64,000 nucleotides of DNA. It comes from Fimicolochytrium jonesii (Eukaryota). Where the stretch lies: assembly GCF_025526975.1 (NCBI RefSeq), contig NW_026515672.1, forward strand, positions 372,001-436,000. The letters run 5' to 3'. Below are positions 35,367-47,676 of the stretch, piece by piece. The translations under genes were made by a program, and so were the position numbers. The notes beneath the pieces are model-generated. The model searched no databases and was not told the DNA's origin. It worked only from the letters and a program-made list of their open reading frames with translations. Every line of letters begins with the position of its first letter. The first letter of the stretch is position 1.

Positions 35367-36491
35367 ATGGTGTCCGCAACCGAGGCAGAACGCCAAATTG
35401 AAGACTGCATAAGAAGCGAGGCTGAAAACGCCAGAACAGCTGGAAGTCGTCTTCCGCCAGAGATCCTTTTTCTCATTTTTGAGAAAGTCCGTCAGAGGGC
35501 CGCGGCGCCTGTCATCCACCAAACCACATTTGCGGCATGCACGCTGGTTTGTCGACATTGGTATGAGCCAGCACGACAATCGCTCTGGATGGCGCCCTTG
35601 ATGTCTTCGAAAGAGAGAACGATGCGTTTTCTCAAACGGCATTTGATCGAGATGGAGCACGGACCTGGCGCCCCAGGTACATTTGGCGCACGGACGGACA
35701 ATGCTGACACACCATCAACCCATCATCTTGTTCGTGAGCTTGACCTCACGCGTGTCCGCTTCGAAGAGCCGGACGACACGGATTTCCTGCACCGCCTGGT
35801 GGTTGGCTGTCGAAATCTTCAGTCTCTGAAGATGTTTTGCGATCCTTTAGACCCGCGCACACTGGCGCTGCTCATGGAAGCGTGCCCCAACATCAGGTCA
35901 TTGACCCTCACAGGTTCTTGCGGTACCGGTGGCCACCATCGATTCTACTATCAACTCCCCTCCGTGCTGGACATGGACGAAAGGAGTATCAAGAAGCTTC
36001 AGACAAGGATTGCCACACTGCATACCCTTGATTTAGCGAATATGGATTTCACGCGCGGAGACGGCGTCTACCTTGCTGCCATTCTAGTTAGCGGGCTCGG
36101 CGATCGTCTCGAAGCGTTTGCACCTCCAATGGTCACAGGACCTGCTACTTCACCATTTCAATCTTTACGCGATGACACAATCGTTGCGCAGATAGCGAGA
36201 CAATGCCCTAGGCTGACGCATCTCTGCTTGCGGGGCAAATACGTGACGGACCGCGCATTGCATGCGCTTGCGACATGGTGCCCCAGGTTGCGCGCACTCG
36301 ACCTGCGGTACTGTCCGGCGGTGACGAGCGCTGGAGTGTTACTCTTGCTGACTGCCTGCCAGTGTCTCACGGACGTGCGAGTCGGAGGCTCACGAGCAAA
36401 TGACTATGTAGTGAAGACGGTGCTGAATCGGGCGGATTTGTTGAGGATGTTGACAAGAGGAAGACGCAGAGGAAGTGTCTTTTCGCCGTGA
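35367..36491 (+). CDS. F-box/LRR-repeat protein
   Basis: F-box LPPEILFLIF...CTLVCRHW and cysteine-containing LRRs (CPRLTHLCL, VTDRAL, CPRLRALDLRYCPAVT). Intronless, 374 aa. Confidence 0.88.
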   Translation: MVSATEAERQIEDCIRSEAENARTAGSRLPPEILFLIFEKVRQRAAAPVIHQTTFAACTLVCRHWYEPARQSLWMAPLMSSKERTMRFLKRHLIEMEHGPGAPGTFGARTDNADTPSTHHLVRELDLTRVRFEEPDDTDFLHRLVVGCRNLQSLKMFCDPLDPRTLALLMEACPNIRSLTLTGSCGTGGHHRFYYQLPSVLDMDERSIKKLQTRIATLHTLDLANMDFTRGDGVYLAAILVSGLGDRLEAFAPPMVTGPATSPFQSLRDDTIVAQIARQCPRLTHLCLRGKYVTDRALHALATWCPRLRALDLRYCPAVTSAGVLLLLTACQCLTDVRVGGSRANDYVVKTVLNRADLLRMLTRGRRRGSVFSP

Positions 36492-37206
36492 CGCGGACGT
36501 TGGATATGGGAAGAAGCGTTCTATCATTTTCATTAGCGCCACAGTATGGCCAAGCAGCATAGCCATGTTAACGACACCGCTGTCCATCCGACAGTCTAAT
36601 GCACATCATATGCAATATGTATATCAGTTTTGTTTCGTGTGGGCTGAAATGATAGCTGGACCGGAATCGAACAGGTCTCGATGTCTTTTGGCCTTTGCGA
36701 GCGATTGTTACACAGCCAGCGCGTCGCTTGCCATCATGTCTATCATGTCGCAGCTGTAATAAATCGCAGTTTTCCCAGAGCGCATTCTCCCACGGACTCT
36801 GCAAACTTGACATTCAGACTGAGGAGCTCTTTTGGCGGTCCTCTCGTTCTGGTACTGTTACTGTGCTCTCTCCCACGACCTCTTAACTGTAATACCTCTC
36901 CGCCTTGCAAGTTTGTCAGGGACTTCTGTTGGCAATTTCGACGTACTCGGCAGTTTTCCTGGTGTTCCCACCTCTTGCATTCTCCTATCAGTCAACACGA
37001 GCTTCCGGGCTCCACAACGGAAAGCGTATAAGACAGAGGCCATCCGGGAAAGCTTTCTAAAAACATCAGCAAAGTTCTCGACTGGCGGAAATACGTCATT
37101 TCGGCGGCACGCCTTGTTTACATTTCGCGAGCAGACGACGTTCCTCAGCACAGGGTTCTGACACCACGACTTGCTATCGGCATATACACCCATAACACTC
37201 GACAAT

Positions 37207-38137
37207 ATGACTAACGGCGAACCATTCACGGGGGAGCGTACTTGGGAACAAGTTGGTGTTGGTACGTGTTGTGTGCCATTGACGTACCTTCGTCATGAGA
37301 CGGGAGCAGGATGGGAAACGGCAGAGGAACGGAGGATAAATTAAGCTTGGAGGAGGAGACTTGCGTACGCTTGTCTGACAGCACCTCCCTGGTTGAAATC
37401 AAATTGTTAAGTGGAGATGGTTCATTGACCTGTTCCCCTTGGATTTTAGATGTCACGGGCTTCGTTTACTGCCCTCCAGGCTGGGACGAACAGCGACTCC
37501 GAGCGGGGCCGGACGCAGAGGCGATTGGGTATGTCGGTTGAGAGGTTGCACTATGATCGCATGGCTTCATGGACTGATATCTTGCTTTTGTAGCAAAATT
37601 GCTATGGACACTTACACCGATATCAGCTACATAAAAGAGAAGAACGCCATTCAGATCTCTGGCGAGACTCATGACGATGTCTACAAAGCGTATGCATTTG
37701 TGAGAATGTACTGAGATTGTTTAGAACTGCATCACTAATGTACTTCCCTCTTCCTTCACAGTCAGAACCAACTCAATGAGCTTTTCTTCCCCGTTATCGT
37801 CAAATCAAAACGCCAATGGGCCCGCCCCGATCGACCTGGCGTGTGGGGCCAGCGTCGCGATGTCGCAGCATCCGCGGGAGGACGACAGGGTGGAGGCCTA
37901 AGGAAGATGAAATCTGAGTCCGCTTTGCAGGCCTCTCGACCGGCTTTCCATCACAACGCTGGTGGAGCCGGTACCGCCTCTCCTTACCAACAACACTATA
38001 ATCAACAGCAGCAGCCGCAGTATGGCCAGCAGCAACAGCAACAGCAGTTCAGGGCCCAGCCTTTGCCCCAACCATCGGCAGCACCTCGGAACTATTATGA
38101 GATTCCAGCGTCCTCAAACTTTGCGCAGTGGCGTTAA
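37207..38137 (+). CDS. Small hypothetical protein: KH-like alpha/beta segment plus Q/Y-rich tail (4 exons)
   Basis: Exons 37207-37261, 37450-37528, about 37593-37689 and 37762-38137 splice in frame through GT-AG: MTNGEPF...IGKIAMDTYTDISYIKEKNAIQISGETHDDVYKAQNQLNELF...QQQQ. Confidence 0.65.
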
Positions 38138-38600
38138 TGGACTCTCACCCTGAGAATGCTAGATCTCGACACTGACATTTCTCTGAGACACTCAAGAGGC
38201 GTATGCGAGCGTTCATCTTCGATCTCGCCCTTATATAGTATAGCAGAAATCCTCATAGCTTCACGACATGAAGCCCGCGTAACTTCCGCACCTCATAGCA
38301 TACTCACAAGTTACCTCTCTGAGACCTTGATAGCGTTCATATCTCCTGTATGATTAGCTATTCCTTTCCGTACCATTCTCCTTCGTTTATAGTCTACTTA
38401 CGGTTGAACCGGCGCTGCCGCTCATGTACTTAATAACAATAATGCAGATCTGTCCTAGCACTCCTCTATGGTACCACCACTGTGCTTCCTCTCAAACTTA
38501 TTGCAAGCCTTCCAGATGTTACAAAATATTTCGAAAGTCAAGTTACGGAAAGGTATTAGATCAACGTCACGGCAATGCGGTGCATATTGACGACTACAAA

Positions 38601-40352
38601 CTACATCATAATCTTTAAACGACTGCGAACCTCTCTCGCTACTTCTTCCACCGGCACAACAGCAAACTCCCCACGCACCGACAGGCGATGCCAGGGCAGT
38701 CCATACAGCTTCGTGCACTCCTCCGCCTTGATCAGTAATCCCCTCGCAGTATCCGCCGCCAGTACCTCCCCATCCTGCGCCGCCCCGTATGACCTTCCCC
38801 GCTGCCACCCATCGAATCCCCACTTCCGACTAGCAAGGCACCCAGCCCACGGTCCCAGAGGGTCATTGAACGCCGCGTCGAGCAATACCAGCACAGAATC
38901 CACACCTACCCGCCTTCCCACCCGATCGGCGGCCATCACGGCCTGGAAGCCTCTGTCGATCACTGCCCACAGACATCCCACGATTCGCGATGAATCCAAA
39001 CAGGCCACAAGCATCCCTGGCTGGTCTGCTCTGACGGCAATCTCCGCAGATGCGGTCAGTGTGCCCACCACACCACCGCCATTGATGCTTGATTCCTCCA
39101 TGCCTCCCAAATCACTGAGAGGCGGCAGATTGAACGCGTGGCCGTGCATGCATGCTTGGCGGTAAAGTTCGCCGTTGAGCCGGAGCCAGATGGAGTCTTT
39201 CGCGGTGGATGCGGGCAAGGTGGGTAAGAGGCGGGTCGGAAGGTTCAGCAGATTGTCGAGCGATTGGCCGTCTGCGCCTAAACCAAGACCGCCGTCCGTT
39301 TTGTTACGACGTTCCGTACATCCCGAGCGGACGCTGGCACCATCCGCCATGTCGCGTTCGGAATGGACGTCGTCGGGGATGTCCAGCCTTGTCCCCAAAG
39401 CCGTGACATCGTTGTTAGGACTGCTGGGAGTGCCCATACTGGACCCGGCGGTTGCCGCCAGACTATACTGCAGCCTGTTTTTGACCACAAACTCCCTCAG
39501 CACCCCCACAGTAGCCCAGCACCCTTCCTCATAGTTGTCCAGCGCGGCCCGGAAGGCCGTGAACAACAACTTCTGCATAGCCGCCTCCCGCTTCACCACC
39601 GTACCCGTGCGAGCCAATGTCCCGCCTGAAGTAGCATTAACTCCCCGTTTCACATCATCGTCGCCGACGCTCTCCAACGCGGTGTCCCCGCCCCGGTTGA
39701 GATCATTGGTCAACTCATCCGACTCGTCGTCGTCATCCTCATCACCGAGCTCGCTGATGCCGCCGACTTCGGAGGACTCGATGCGCAAGGCGTTGCCCGC
39801 GGCACCGTTGGTGCCTTGGATTTTGAGCGAGGTGCCAGTGCCGTAGAGACGCGGCGCATAGTACTTTTGGAGAATATTGCGGAGGGCTAGTGGGTCTAGA
39901 AAAAGAAGGTCCGACAGGGTCGGCGCGCTGCAAGAGTATCAGTTAGGAGCTGATGCTGGTGAAACGCACAAAACCTTCACGACTCAACCGACAGGAAACC
40001 TCGGAAACACTCACCGATGACCCCAGCACTCAGCCTCCTCAACGCTTTCCTGAAACCGCTTGCATTTTTTCCCCACATACCTATCCACCGCCGCTCTGCA
40101 TCCCCGTGAAACATTCCTCACTTTCGCCAACTCCGGCGCACATGCCTGCAGCACTCTATCCAACAACGCTGTCGGGAGAGTCTCCAGCGTGCCCAGTGTG
40201 CTGCCGACGGCGACCGTAAGCGGAGCGGCCACCTGGGCAACGGGCGTACTGGTGGAGGAGACTGCGGTGGATGTTTTGCGGGAGAGGCGCAGGAAAGGAG
40301 ATTTAGAGGCCGTCTCGGTGGTCGGCGTGGCGGTGGGGGTTACTGGAGCCAT
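38601..40352 (-). CDS. Hypothetical protein (2 exons)
   Basis: The exon from ATG 40352 joins the long ORF ending at 38601 through a GTGAG..CTAAC..CAG intron at 39928-40014. Confidence 0.6.
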
Positions 40353-41281
40353 GCCGGTTTGAGGGGGATCGCGCATCTTTCTGGTTTTCCTTGGTGGAGA
40401 AAAGGTGCCGAATGGGAAATACGTGGCCAGCAGGAAAGTGAAATGTCCTGGTGTCTCCTGCTGCTTTTTGCACCGGCGATGGAGTTCACCGAAGGTTTCT
40501 GCCGAGGCTCGGAATCCCGGTGTGCCGCGCGTATTGCATTATGCTTAATCGTTCTTGGACCCACACGTGCCCCTCTTCTTGGACGAAAGTGACAAGGAGC
40601 GCCAAATGACCCTTGGAATCAGTTCATAGAGTTGATGGAATGTCCAAAAAGCGCATAGATCCACAGAGCTCTATAAAATCCGGTCGTTAGCTTTGCCATG
40701 AGGTCGGAGACAAAATCGCTGCCACTTGTCAATTTCGACAGCGCGACTGATGCTAGTTGGCGAAAAAGCGAACGATTATGTCGTTTCGCGCTTGCAAGCT
40801 GAGCTGGAGGCTGAAATTCCGGCTTGGTTCCCAAAATGTCGATTCCGAGCGCACTGCACATGTATGGGTGTGCGATCGATCTCGGTTTGAAGGGTTAGCC
40901 ACCGAAGATCAAGAATTTGAGATGTGGGCAGGCCCTATGCCAGCCCACCTTTCCCACACTGTTATTTAGTCCCATATCAAGTCGCAGGCGGTCATCAATG
41001 GGGCGTAGCCACATTGGCAAGCTCGGCTAGCGAAGGGATGAAGCCGTCTCGGCGATTCTGGAATATCACTTGTAAGAATCTGGGTGGAACCTCATATCTA
41101 CATACAGTCACGTCGAAGGAACGTCCTACTATGGGGACGCGTAACGAGGCTTTCGGACAAGTCGGACGCGTGAAAAGTGGGAGGCCTACTTTGAACGACG
41201 TTTTCCCACGTACTCCATATCACCTGTGTTTTCGTACGTCCCCCAAAGCTTCAAATTCAGTACCAGTTGCGTAAAACAAAC

Positions 41282-42379
41282 ATGGCTACCATTCAAAAGG
41301 GAAAAAACATCACTCTGCGGGGCTCGGCACAGATCGTCATTGAATTCTTCAGTAAGTTGGTTGAGTTTACAGAGACCAATCTTGGACAATCCTGACTTAC
41401 GAGCCTCCGAATTTCAGGCTATGGAATCAACAGGTAAGGACCTCTGAAAGCAGCTACGGCGGGATAGCGCTTCCTCGTGGCAAGTTCGACTGTCCCGGAG
41501 TTGCTGACACTCGGTTTCCCGTAGCATTCTGTTCCAACGCGGGTTGTATCCACCAGAAGGTAAGAGCATATGTGCGTTGGGCCGATATTGTATATGTATC
41601 CGTCCAGGACACTAACCCACGCCCCCCATCTCCCACGGAAAGATTTTCGGATGGAGAAGAAGTACGGCTTGAATCTACTCGTCAGTTCGCATGATGGCGT
41701 TCAGGCATACCTGAAAGCTATCCTTTCCCAGCTCGACAGTATGTTCGCTTTGTCACTCGCATTCACCTGGACAGCTTCATGAGGACGTTTCTTGTGCTGA
41801 CTGCGGATGTCTTACAGAGTGGATAATAGCCAAGAAAGTTAGCAAGCTTGTCATGGTAGTGAGCTCAAAAGCGACGCGTGAGGTGCTGGAAAGGTGGTCC
41901 TTCGACATCCAGTTGGATAAGACGGATGATGTGAAGGAGAATGCTGGGAGGTACGTGATGCATCAGAGTATTAATATGCGTGCGGGTAGCTCTTCTGCCA
42001 CGAAGCAGCAGACTGACGCATCGGACCGAACGACAGAGCACCAAAGACAGAAAAGCAAACCAACAGCGAGATCGCAGCCGTGATGCGCCAGATCACAGCG
42101 AGCGTCTCCTTCTTACCCATGCTGGACGAACCATGTACGCCCGTTTTGAACTCGGAACAATTGATCCCATACCACAGGCTAAACGCACAATCCACACTCG
42201 CAGGTACATTCAACATTCTAGCCTACACCGACAAGGACGCTGAAGTGCCCGCAGAATGGATAGATTCGGACCCACGACTGATCACCAAGAACGCTGAGCA
42301 GGTCAAGTTGAGGAGTTTCTCGACAAGCGTCCATAGGGTGGACGGACTTGTTGCGTATCGGATGGGCGATGATCAATGA
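41282..42379 (+). CDS. MAD2: Spindle checkpoint HORMA protein Mad2 (many small exons)
   Basis: ITLRGSAQIVIEFF..YGINSILFQRGLYPPEDF..KKYGL, EVLERWSFDI, IAAVMRQITASVSFLP, EQVKLRSFST. Confidence 0.96.
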
Positions 42380-42613
42380 GTGGTCTATCGTACATGGACT
42401 GATCCCTCTATTGAGCAGCACGCCGTATGTCCCTCTACACACACATCCATGTACTCGTTATCCCTGGCTATTGCGTACCGGGCTCATATCGCAGTTTGCA
42501 GACGCCTATAACTTCGATTGCTCGTTCAATAGCTGTGAGACAACCGAATTTTAGTAATGAGACTCAAAAGCCTCACCCATAGCAATCTATAACTCGTATT
42601 TACAAAGCCGATT

Positions 42614-42649
42614 GAAGCTCAGAAGCTTAACGAAGCTCAGAAGCTTAAC
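42614..42649. repeat. Perfect 18-nt tandem duplication
   Basis: (GAAGCTCAGAAGCTTAAC)x2 between the convergent MAD2 and HAP2 3' ends. Confidence 0.9.
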
Positions 42650-42847
42650 GAGCTCCTCGAAGTGATATTCTGATTGTGATTCTGAACCTTGCCCCATGCT
42701 CAACCCCAGTCTCCGTCTCCCCTCACAATAGCTCTCCGTCTCCATCGACCTTCCTTCAAAATTTCAATCTACAAAAAGAGACACGCGCTTGGTGACAGGT
42801 GCGCCATAAATAATCTGCCATTTCCGTTCCTTCTAAAGTCACGCTCG

Positions 42848-43937
42848 TCATGTTTTCGGGGGCTGAGAATGCGGCGCGCTGAAATAATGCATCTGCTGCT
42901 GTGTCGGCATCTGTCCCACGGGCAACCCCGTAACCTGCCCTGGCCGCACCATGAATTGCTGCTGCTGCTGTAACGGCAACCCCATTACTCCCGGATGATG
43001 CGCCATTGCGGCCTGTTGAGCAGCTGCTGCGGCATACATCTGTTCGGCGGAGAGCGGTGGCAACATTTGTGGATGCTGATGTAATTGCTGTTGTGGTGGT
43101 AATCCCTGCTGGAGATGATACGCAGGCTGTCCGGGAAGTTGCATAGGCAGGTAGGCTTGTTGTAAGTTGGGTGGTGTCAGTAGTGTCGGGTACCCTCGTT
43201 GCTGATTCAGCAAAACTGCTTGCTGATGGTTCTGTGCCATCGCGTCGGGATGTGGTGAGTTTGATTGCCCCAATATCAGGGGCGGGTCTGGTGCTTGCTG
43301 TGCTTTGCTGGAATCTGCTTCCGCCTTCAATGAGGCTTGCTGACCGTTTTCTGGAGTATTTGCCCCAGAGGCGGGCTTGCCTGGCTCGTCCTTCAAGGCC
43401 GCCAATTCAGATGCGCTCAGGAACCGTCCTCCGGGCCCTCTTGGTCGCCTCATAGCGTGCCGATGGCGCGATTCGTGAATATACCCCTAGATAGTCCAAT
43501 GTGAGCCCAAAACGATTTTTTGAAAAAAAGCTTCCATGACAGTACCTTCTCCCTCCGTCCCCTGTTCAGCGCCTCTATTTTCGCCCTCGCCTCTCTGCGC
43601 TTCAAGATCCGGTGGTATTGCTTTGCATTAACGTATAACGGCTCGTCCGCTTGACGTTCCTGAGTCGTAGCGGCTGCCACTGCCGCCGCGGCGGCCGCGT
43701 TCATCGCCAGCGCCAATTGATTCGGTGTCAGCTGTGTGCTAGTGGGCTGTGTGGTTGCTGGCACAGGAGGATGTGCCATCATCTACCGGGCCCAGAACCA
43801 AGATGAATGATAGGATCCAGAATGGTGCTGCCGAATGATCTGAAACTCACCATACCACCGTACTGGGGAATCCCTGTCGTCCCTCCAAACATAGCCGCAT
43901 ATTGTTGTGGGTCCATTTGTTGTTGTTGTTGTTGTGG

Positions 43938-43994
<57 letters not shown>

Positions 43995-44045
43995 TCCATC
44001 GGGAACATTGGCGGACGCGCCAGTCGTCTTATTCGCAGTGCTCAT
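42848..44045 (-). CDS. HAP2: CCAAT-binding factor subunit Hap2/NF-YA
   Basis: EPLYVNAKQYHRILKRREARAK...GYIHESRHRHAMRRPRGPGGRFL, with Q-rich termini. Confidence 0.95.
43917..43994 (-). repeat. CAG/CAA microsatellite encoding polyglutamine in HAP2
   Basis: (CTG)n/(TTG)n on the + strand with two Pro interruptions. Confidence 0.95.
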
Positions 44046-45888
44046 ATTTCGGACCTATCACAGCGTAATGAAGACGGCTGCTCGTCAGAGAACGGCTCGC
44101 GCTTCTCTCATCGCCCCATCAATGCGCCATAATCCTTCCCTGCTCTCCTCCGAAGTGGAAGGAAGCCATGCCCTGTGTCATCACCGCGTCCCTGGACTTA
44201 TGCCCCGCATGTCGCGCATCGTGTTGCCCCCATGCCAGCACATACCGTAACCAGTCACCGCCAAAGTAAACTGAATTTGCCGGACTCTGCAGGGACGTCC
44301 GCTACTGGTGTTCGACGAGGTTCGCTGGGATGCTTCTCAACTCGAAAGGCTTCAACAACGCGGCACGTTCACTACAATGAAAAGTAGGTAAGGAAAGTCG
44401 TGTCTCAAGCGTACGGCCTTCAAGGAGACGGTGCTCCATACTTACGTTGATGCAGAGATGCGCAGGTTTTTGGAAACGACGAAACAGCAGACCGCTTTCC
44501 AGCTATCCTCTAGGTATCGGACTCTTAATAAACAGCTTGCCCTACGTTGCTGTTGGTCCGAAAAGACAAGCCATGTCAAACCGCATGCGTCGTGCGAGCG
44601 CTCGACGGGCGGCCTTATTTATTTCTCGCAGGCCCCGTTCCCATTGGGCAGGCGGCGCATGAAACCGCTATGTCCATAAGTCTCTTGTGTCACTGCCAGA
44701 ACCCTGGAGACTGGTAGGACCACATTGACAGGCCCTGTTGAATTCTCGCTCAAAGCACACCGCTTTTCTTCCTTGCGGCCCGTCTCTCTCTCGAATGCCA
44801 TGCTCTGCTTCCTGCGAAAAGACATGAGCGTAATGTTCTATCTAGACGAGTCGTATAGTTCCTCTCCTCTACTCACAAACACAAACCCAACGACAATGGT
44901 TTCCTCGACATCAATCGAGGCCATAACAACGAGGACGCCAGCTAATATGTTGTCCGATTCCGCGACGATAAGGAAGCAGAGAGAACATGCGCTTACAGCC
45001 TCCTTGGGAGATCTATTTACCCTTCAAGACGAAGATTTGGACCGCTTCATGTGCGCACCGCTTCTCGCCGATCCGGATAACAGATGGAAAGAGACTCCCT
45101 CTACAGGTACCGCTGATATGCGATTACCAATAAGCACAACGAGACATTCCTGCGCGAATTGCCCTAATGCAGATGTGCCGTGCGCGATTCCGGCCCGATG
45201 CACGGGTGCAACGCATGATGGATGAGATGATGGTAAGTACAAACGTTGGTGTTGAACGCGATAATGAGAGGCGAGAATCCGCACCTCCAGCTCACGAATG
45301 TGTGCATCGATCCACGTTCGGCCCGTCTCAGTCTCCGTCACCCGGCACAATTTGGCCGACCAACTCTGGCTTGCGATCTGGTATGGTGTCACGCTTTCTG
45401 CATGCGCTGGCCTATACCTCGATGCATAAGTGAGTTGCGGACCTGGGTCCAATATACCGTACGGAGACACCATTGACACAATACCTTTTTGGTGTCGGAT
45501 TTTTTGGTCGCCTCACCTGCCCCACAAGACAACTCCCTTGGTCACCATGAGTGACACCGGTCGGTCTTTCGAATATGTCCATATCTGCTTGGGCTATTTC
45601 TGTTGTTAACCTTGCTTAGTAATAAATTACCCGTGATGTCAAGGATCGCCCACCCGAGGATCCTCGTTGCTCACTTCCAGCAGCTTCCAGCTGGCTGCGA
45701 TTTGTCACGAACTTCCCCTCCGCCTCCGAAGCTCCACCAAGCAGTCACCCGGCATCCTTTCGGCCAGTATCCATAGCCGTTTACAGCCAGAACAAGTATA
45801 AAAGGGACGAACCACACGGACGGAATCCTCTTCTCTCAGAAAGCTACCCTCTACTTCTGTCTACATTCCCAAACAGTTGTCTATCAAG

Positions 45889-46589
45889 ATGGCCAAGAGA
45901 CTCGTAACTATCGACGTTATCAGCGATACCGTATGTCCCTTCTGCTTCCTGGGCAAGCGCCGGCTTGAGAGGGCCATGGCTCGCTTTTCGGACACGCTTG
46001 ACTTCAAGGTGAGTTGGCTTCCATCTTATATTTGAGTATTGGAGCCTCCTACTCACTCCTCCAACTCTTCCCATAGGTCCGCTGGCACCCGTTCTACCTG
46101 GACCCCACCGCCACAGTGTCCAAGGATAAACTAGCCCACTACCACGCAAAGTTCGGTGAAGAACGGTTCGCGGCTCTCAACGCCAACATGAAGCGGATGG
46201 CGGCCGCCGAAGGAATTAACATCAACTTTGGCGGGCTCGTCGGTCCTACCCGTGACAGCCACCGTTTGACACATTTCGCACAGAAGATCAACAAGCAGGA
46301 TGAAGTCATCGAGGGATTGTTCAAGGCGTACTTTGAGGATAACAAAGACATCGCAGACGTTGAGGTGTTGACGAGCGTTGCCAGCGGGGCCGGTATCAAT
46401 GGGGATGAGGCTAGACAGTGCTTGTTGAGTGGGGAGGGTGGGGACGAGGTGGATCAGGAGGCCAACAAGCACAGGAGAAGCATCAATGGCGTCCCACATT
46501 TCACCGTCAACGGGAAGCATGAGATCCACGGCGCGCAGGATGTGGAAGAGTTTGTTAGGGTCTTCCGGAAGGTGGAAGGAGGCAACTGA
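45889..46589 (+). CDS. DsbA family FrnE-like thiol-disulfide oxidoreductase
   Basis: IDVISDTVCPFCFLGKRRL, an intron at about 46009-46076, VRWHPFYLDP, and the cis-Pro loop INGVPHF..GAQ. Confidence 0.92.
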
Positions 46590-46911
46590 GAGTAGATCGT
46601 AGGCATAGACTTGTACAGTTGGCATAGACTCCTACAGCCGAACGTTCAAATGTAATATCTCGTGCGCAGATTCGTGCTTGGTTGTTCAGCAAACCCCCTC
46701 CTCACACACTTACTCATGAAAAACTCATGAGCCGAGTACCCACCCCGTTCGTCGTTCAAGTCCCGACGGCTTCTTCGTTCATATACAGAAGAATTACCAA
46801 CGGCGTGAGAGAGCGACAGAGAGCCGGCAGGACTCCATCACAAGAGCAAATGATTTACTGGATACTATTTATTGTCTTACGCAGGCGGCAAGATATTGAC
46901 TGGTAGTAACT

Positions 46912-47676
46912 TTACACCTCCGTGACATATTGTAGTATATCGCTACGTGCTCTTCCCGAATGCCTTTCCATCCCGATCTTCCCATTGGCGAAGACATCAT
47001 CTCCCCACGCATCGTTCCAGGACATGATATCCTTAGCGAGGAACTTGTGACAAGGCGCTATGTCTAACTGTACGCCGCTCGCAGCAGCCCTCTTCTTTAC
47101 AACAAGAAGAAGATCGACCAAAAGTTGATTGACCGGTCCCCTTCCTGAGCGACCCCGCAAGCCATTCTGATAGATAAGCCTGCCCATGTCTCCATCTCGA
47201 AAGATGTTCACGTACCTCTCCATTTTCTCACAAACTCGACGAGGTTGTCCAACAAAGGAATCCTCGTTGGCCCCTCCGCTGTGCAGTCCCGGAACTACTG
47301 CGATTGTATCGACAGCCGCTGTGTCCGTCGCGCATCGGATCAGAAGCCATTCGAAGGAGGTCAAAACATCGGGTGTGTTCTGCAACACGGTACGAGTCTC
47401 ACCCTTAGCGAGAAATGTCGTACTTTCGGTGGCAAGCGTCTCTGGCAGGCACGCAATGAAGCGATAGGCAATGGCGGACGAGCCGCTTGAACGCTTCAGC
47501 TCCTGGAATCGCCCGATGCCATACATTAGATCATCCTGCAGCTCATAGAAAGGGTAGGTTCGAAGCAGTCTCGTATGCCTCATAATGAAAAGGGGCCAGG
47601 ACCTCGCACATCCAGTAGGCACAGTGAACCCGCCCGCAATGAGCGGGGTTCTTCCCCACAAGTTTACTGGTATCAT
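46912..47676 (-). CDS. Hypothetical protein, intronless 254 aa
   Basis: Long ORF with globular-like composition and a TATATA element upstream on the minus strand (about 47785). No family recognised. Confidence 0.4.
   Translation of the reverse strand: MIPVNLWGRTPLIAGGFTVPTGCARSWPLFIMRHTRLLRTYPFYELQDDLMYGIGRFQELKRSSGSSAIAYRFIACLPETLATESTTFLAKGETRTVLQNTPDVLTSFEWLLIRCATDTAAVDTIAVVPGLHSGGANEDSFVGQPRRVCEKMERYVNIFRDGDMGRLIYQNGLRGRSGRGPVNQLLVDLLLVVKKRAAASGVQLDIAPCHKFLAKDIMSWNDAWGDDVFANGKIGMERHSGRARSDILQYVTEV

Noticed and set aside
43807..44250. Poly-Cys and poly-Leu ORFs on the + strand
   Set aside because: They are antisense shadows of the HAP2 CAG repeat.
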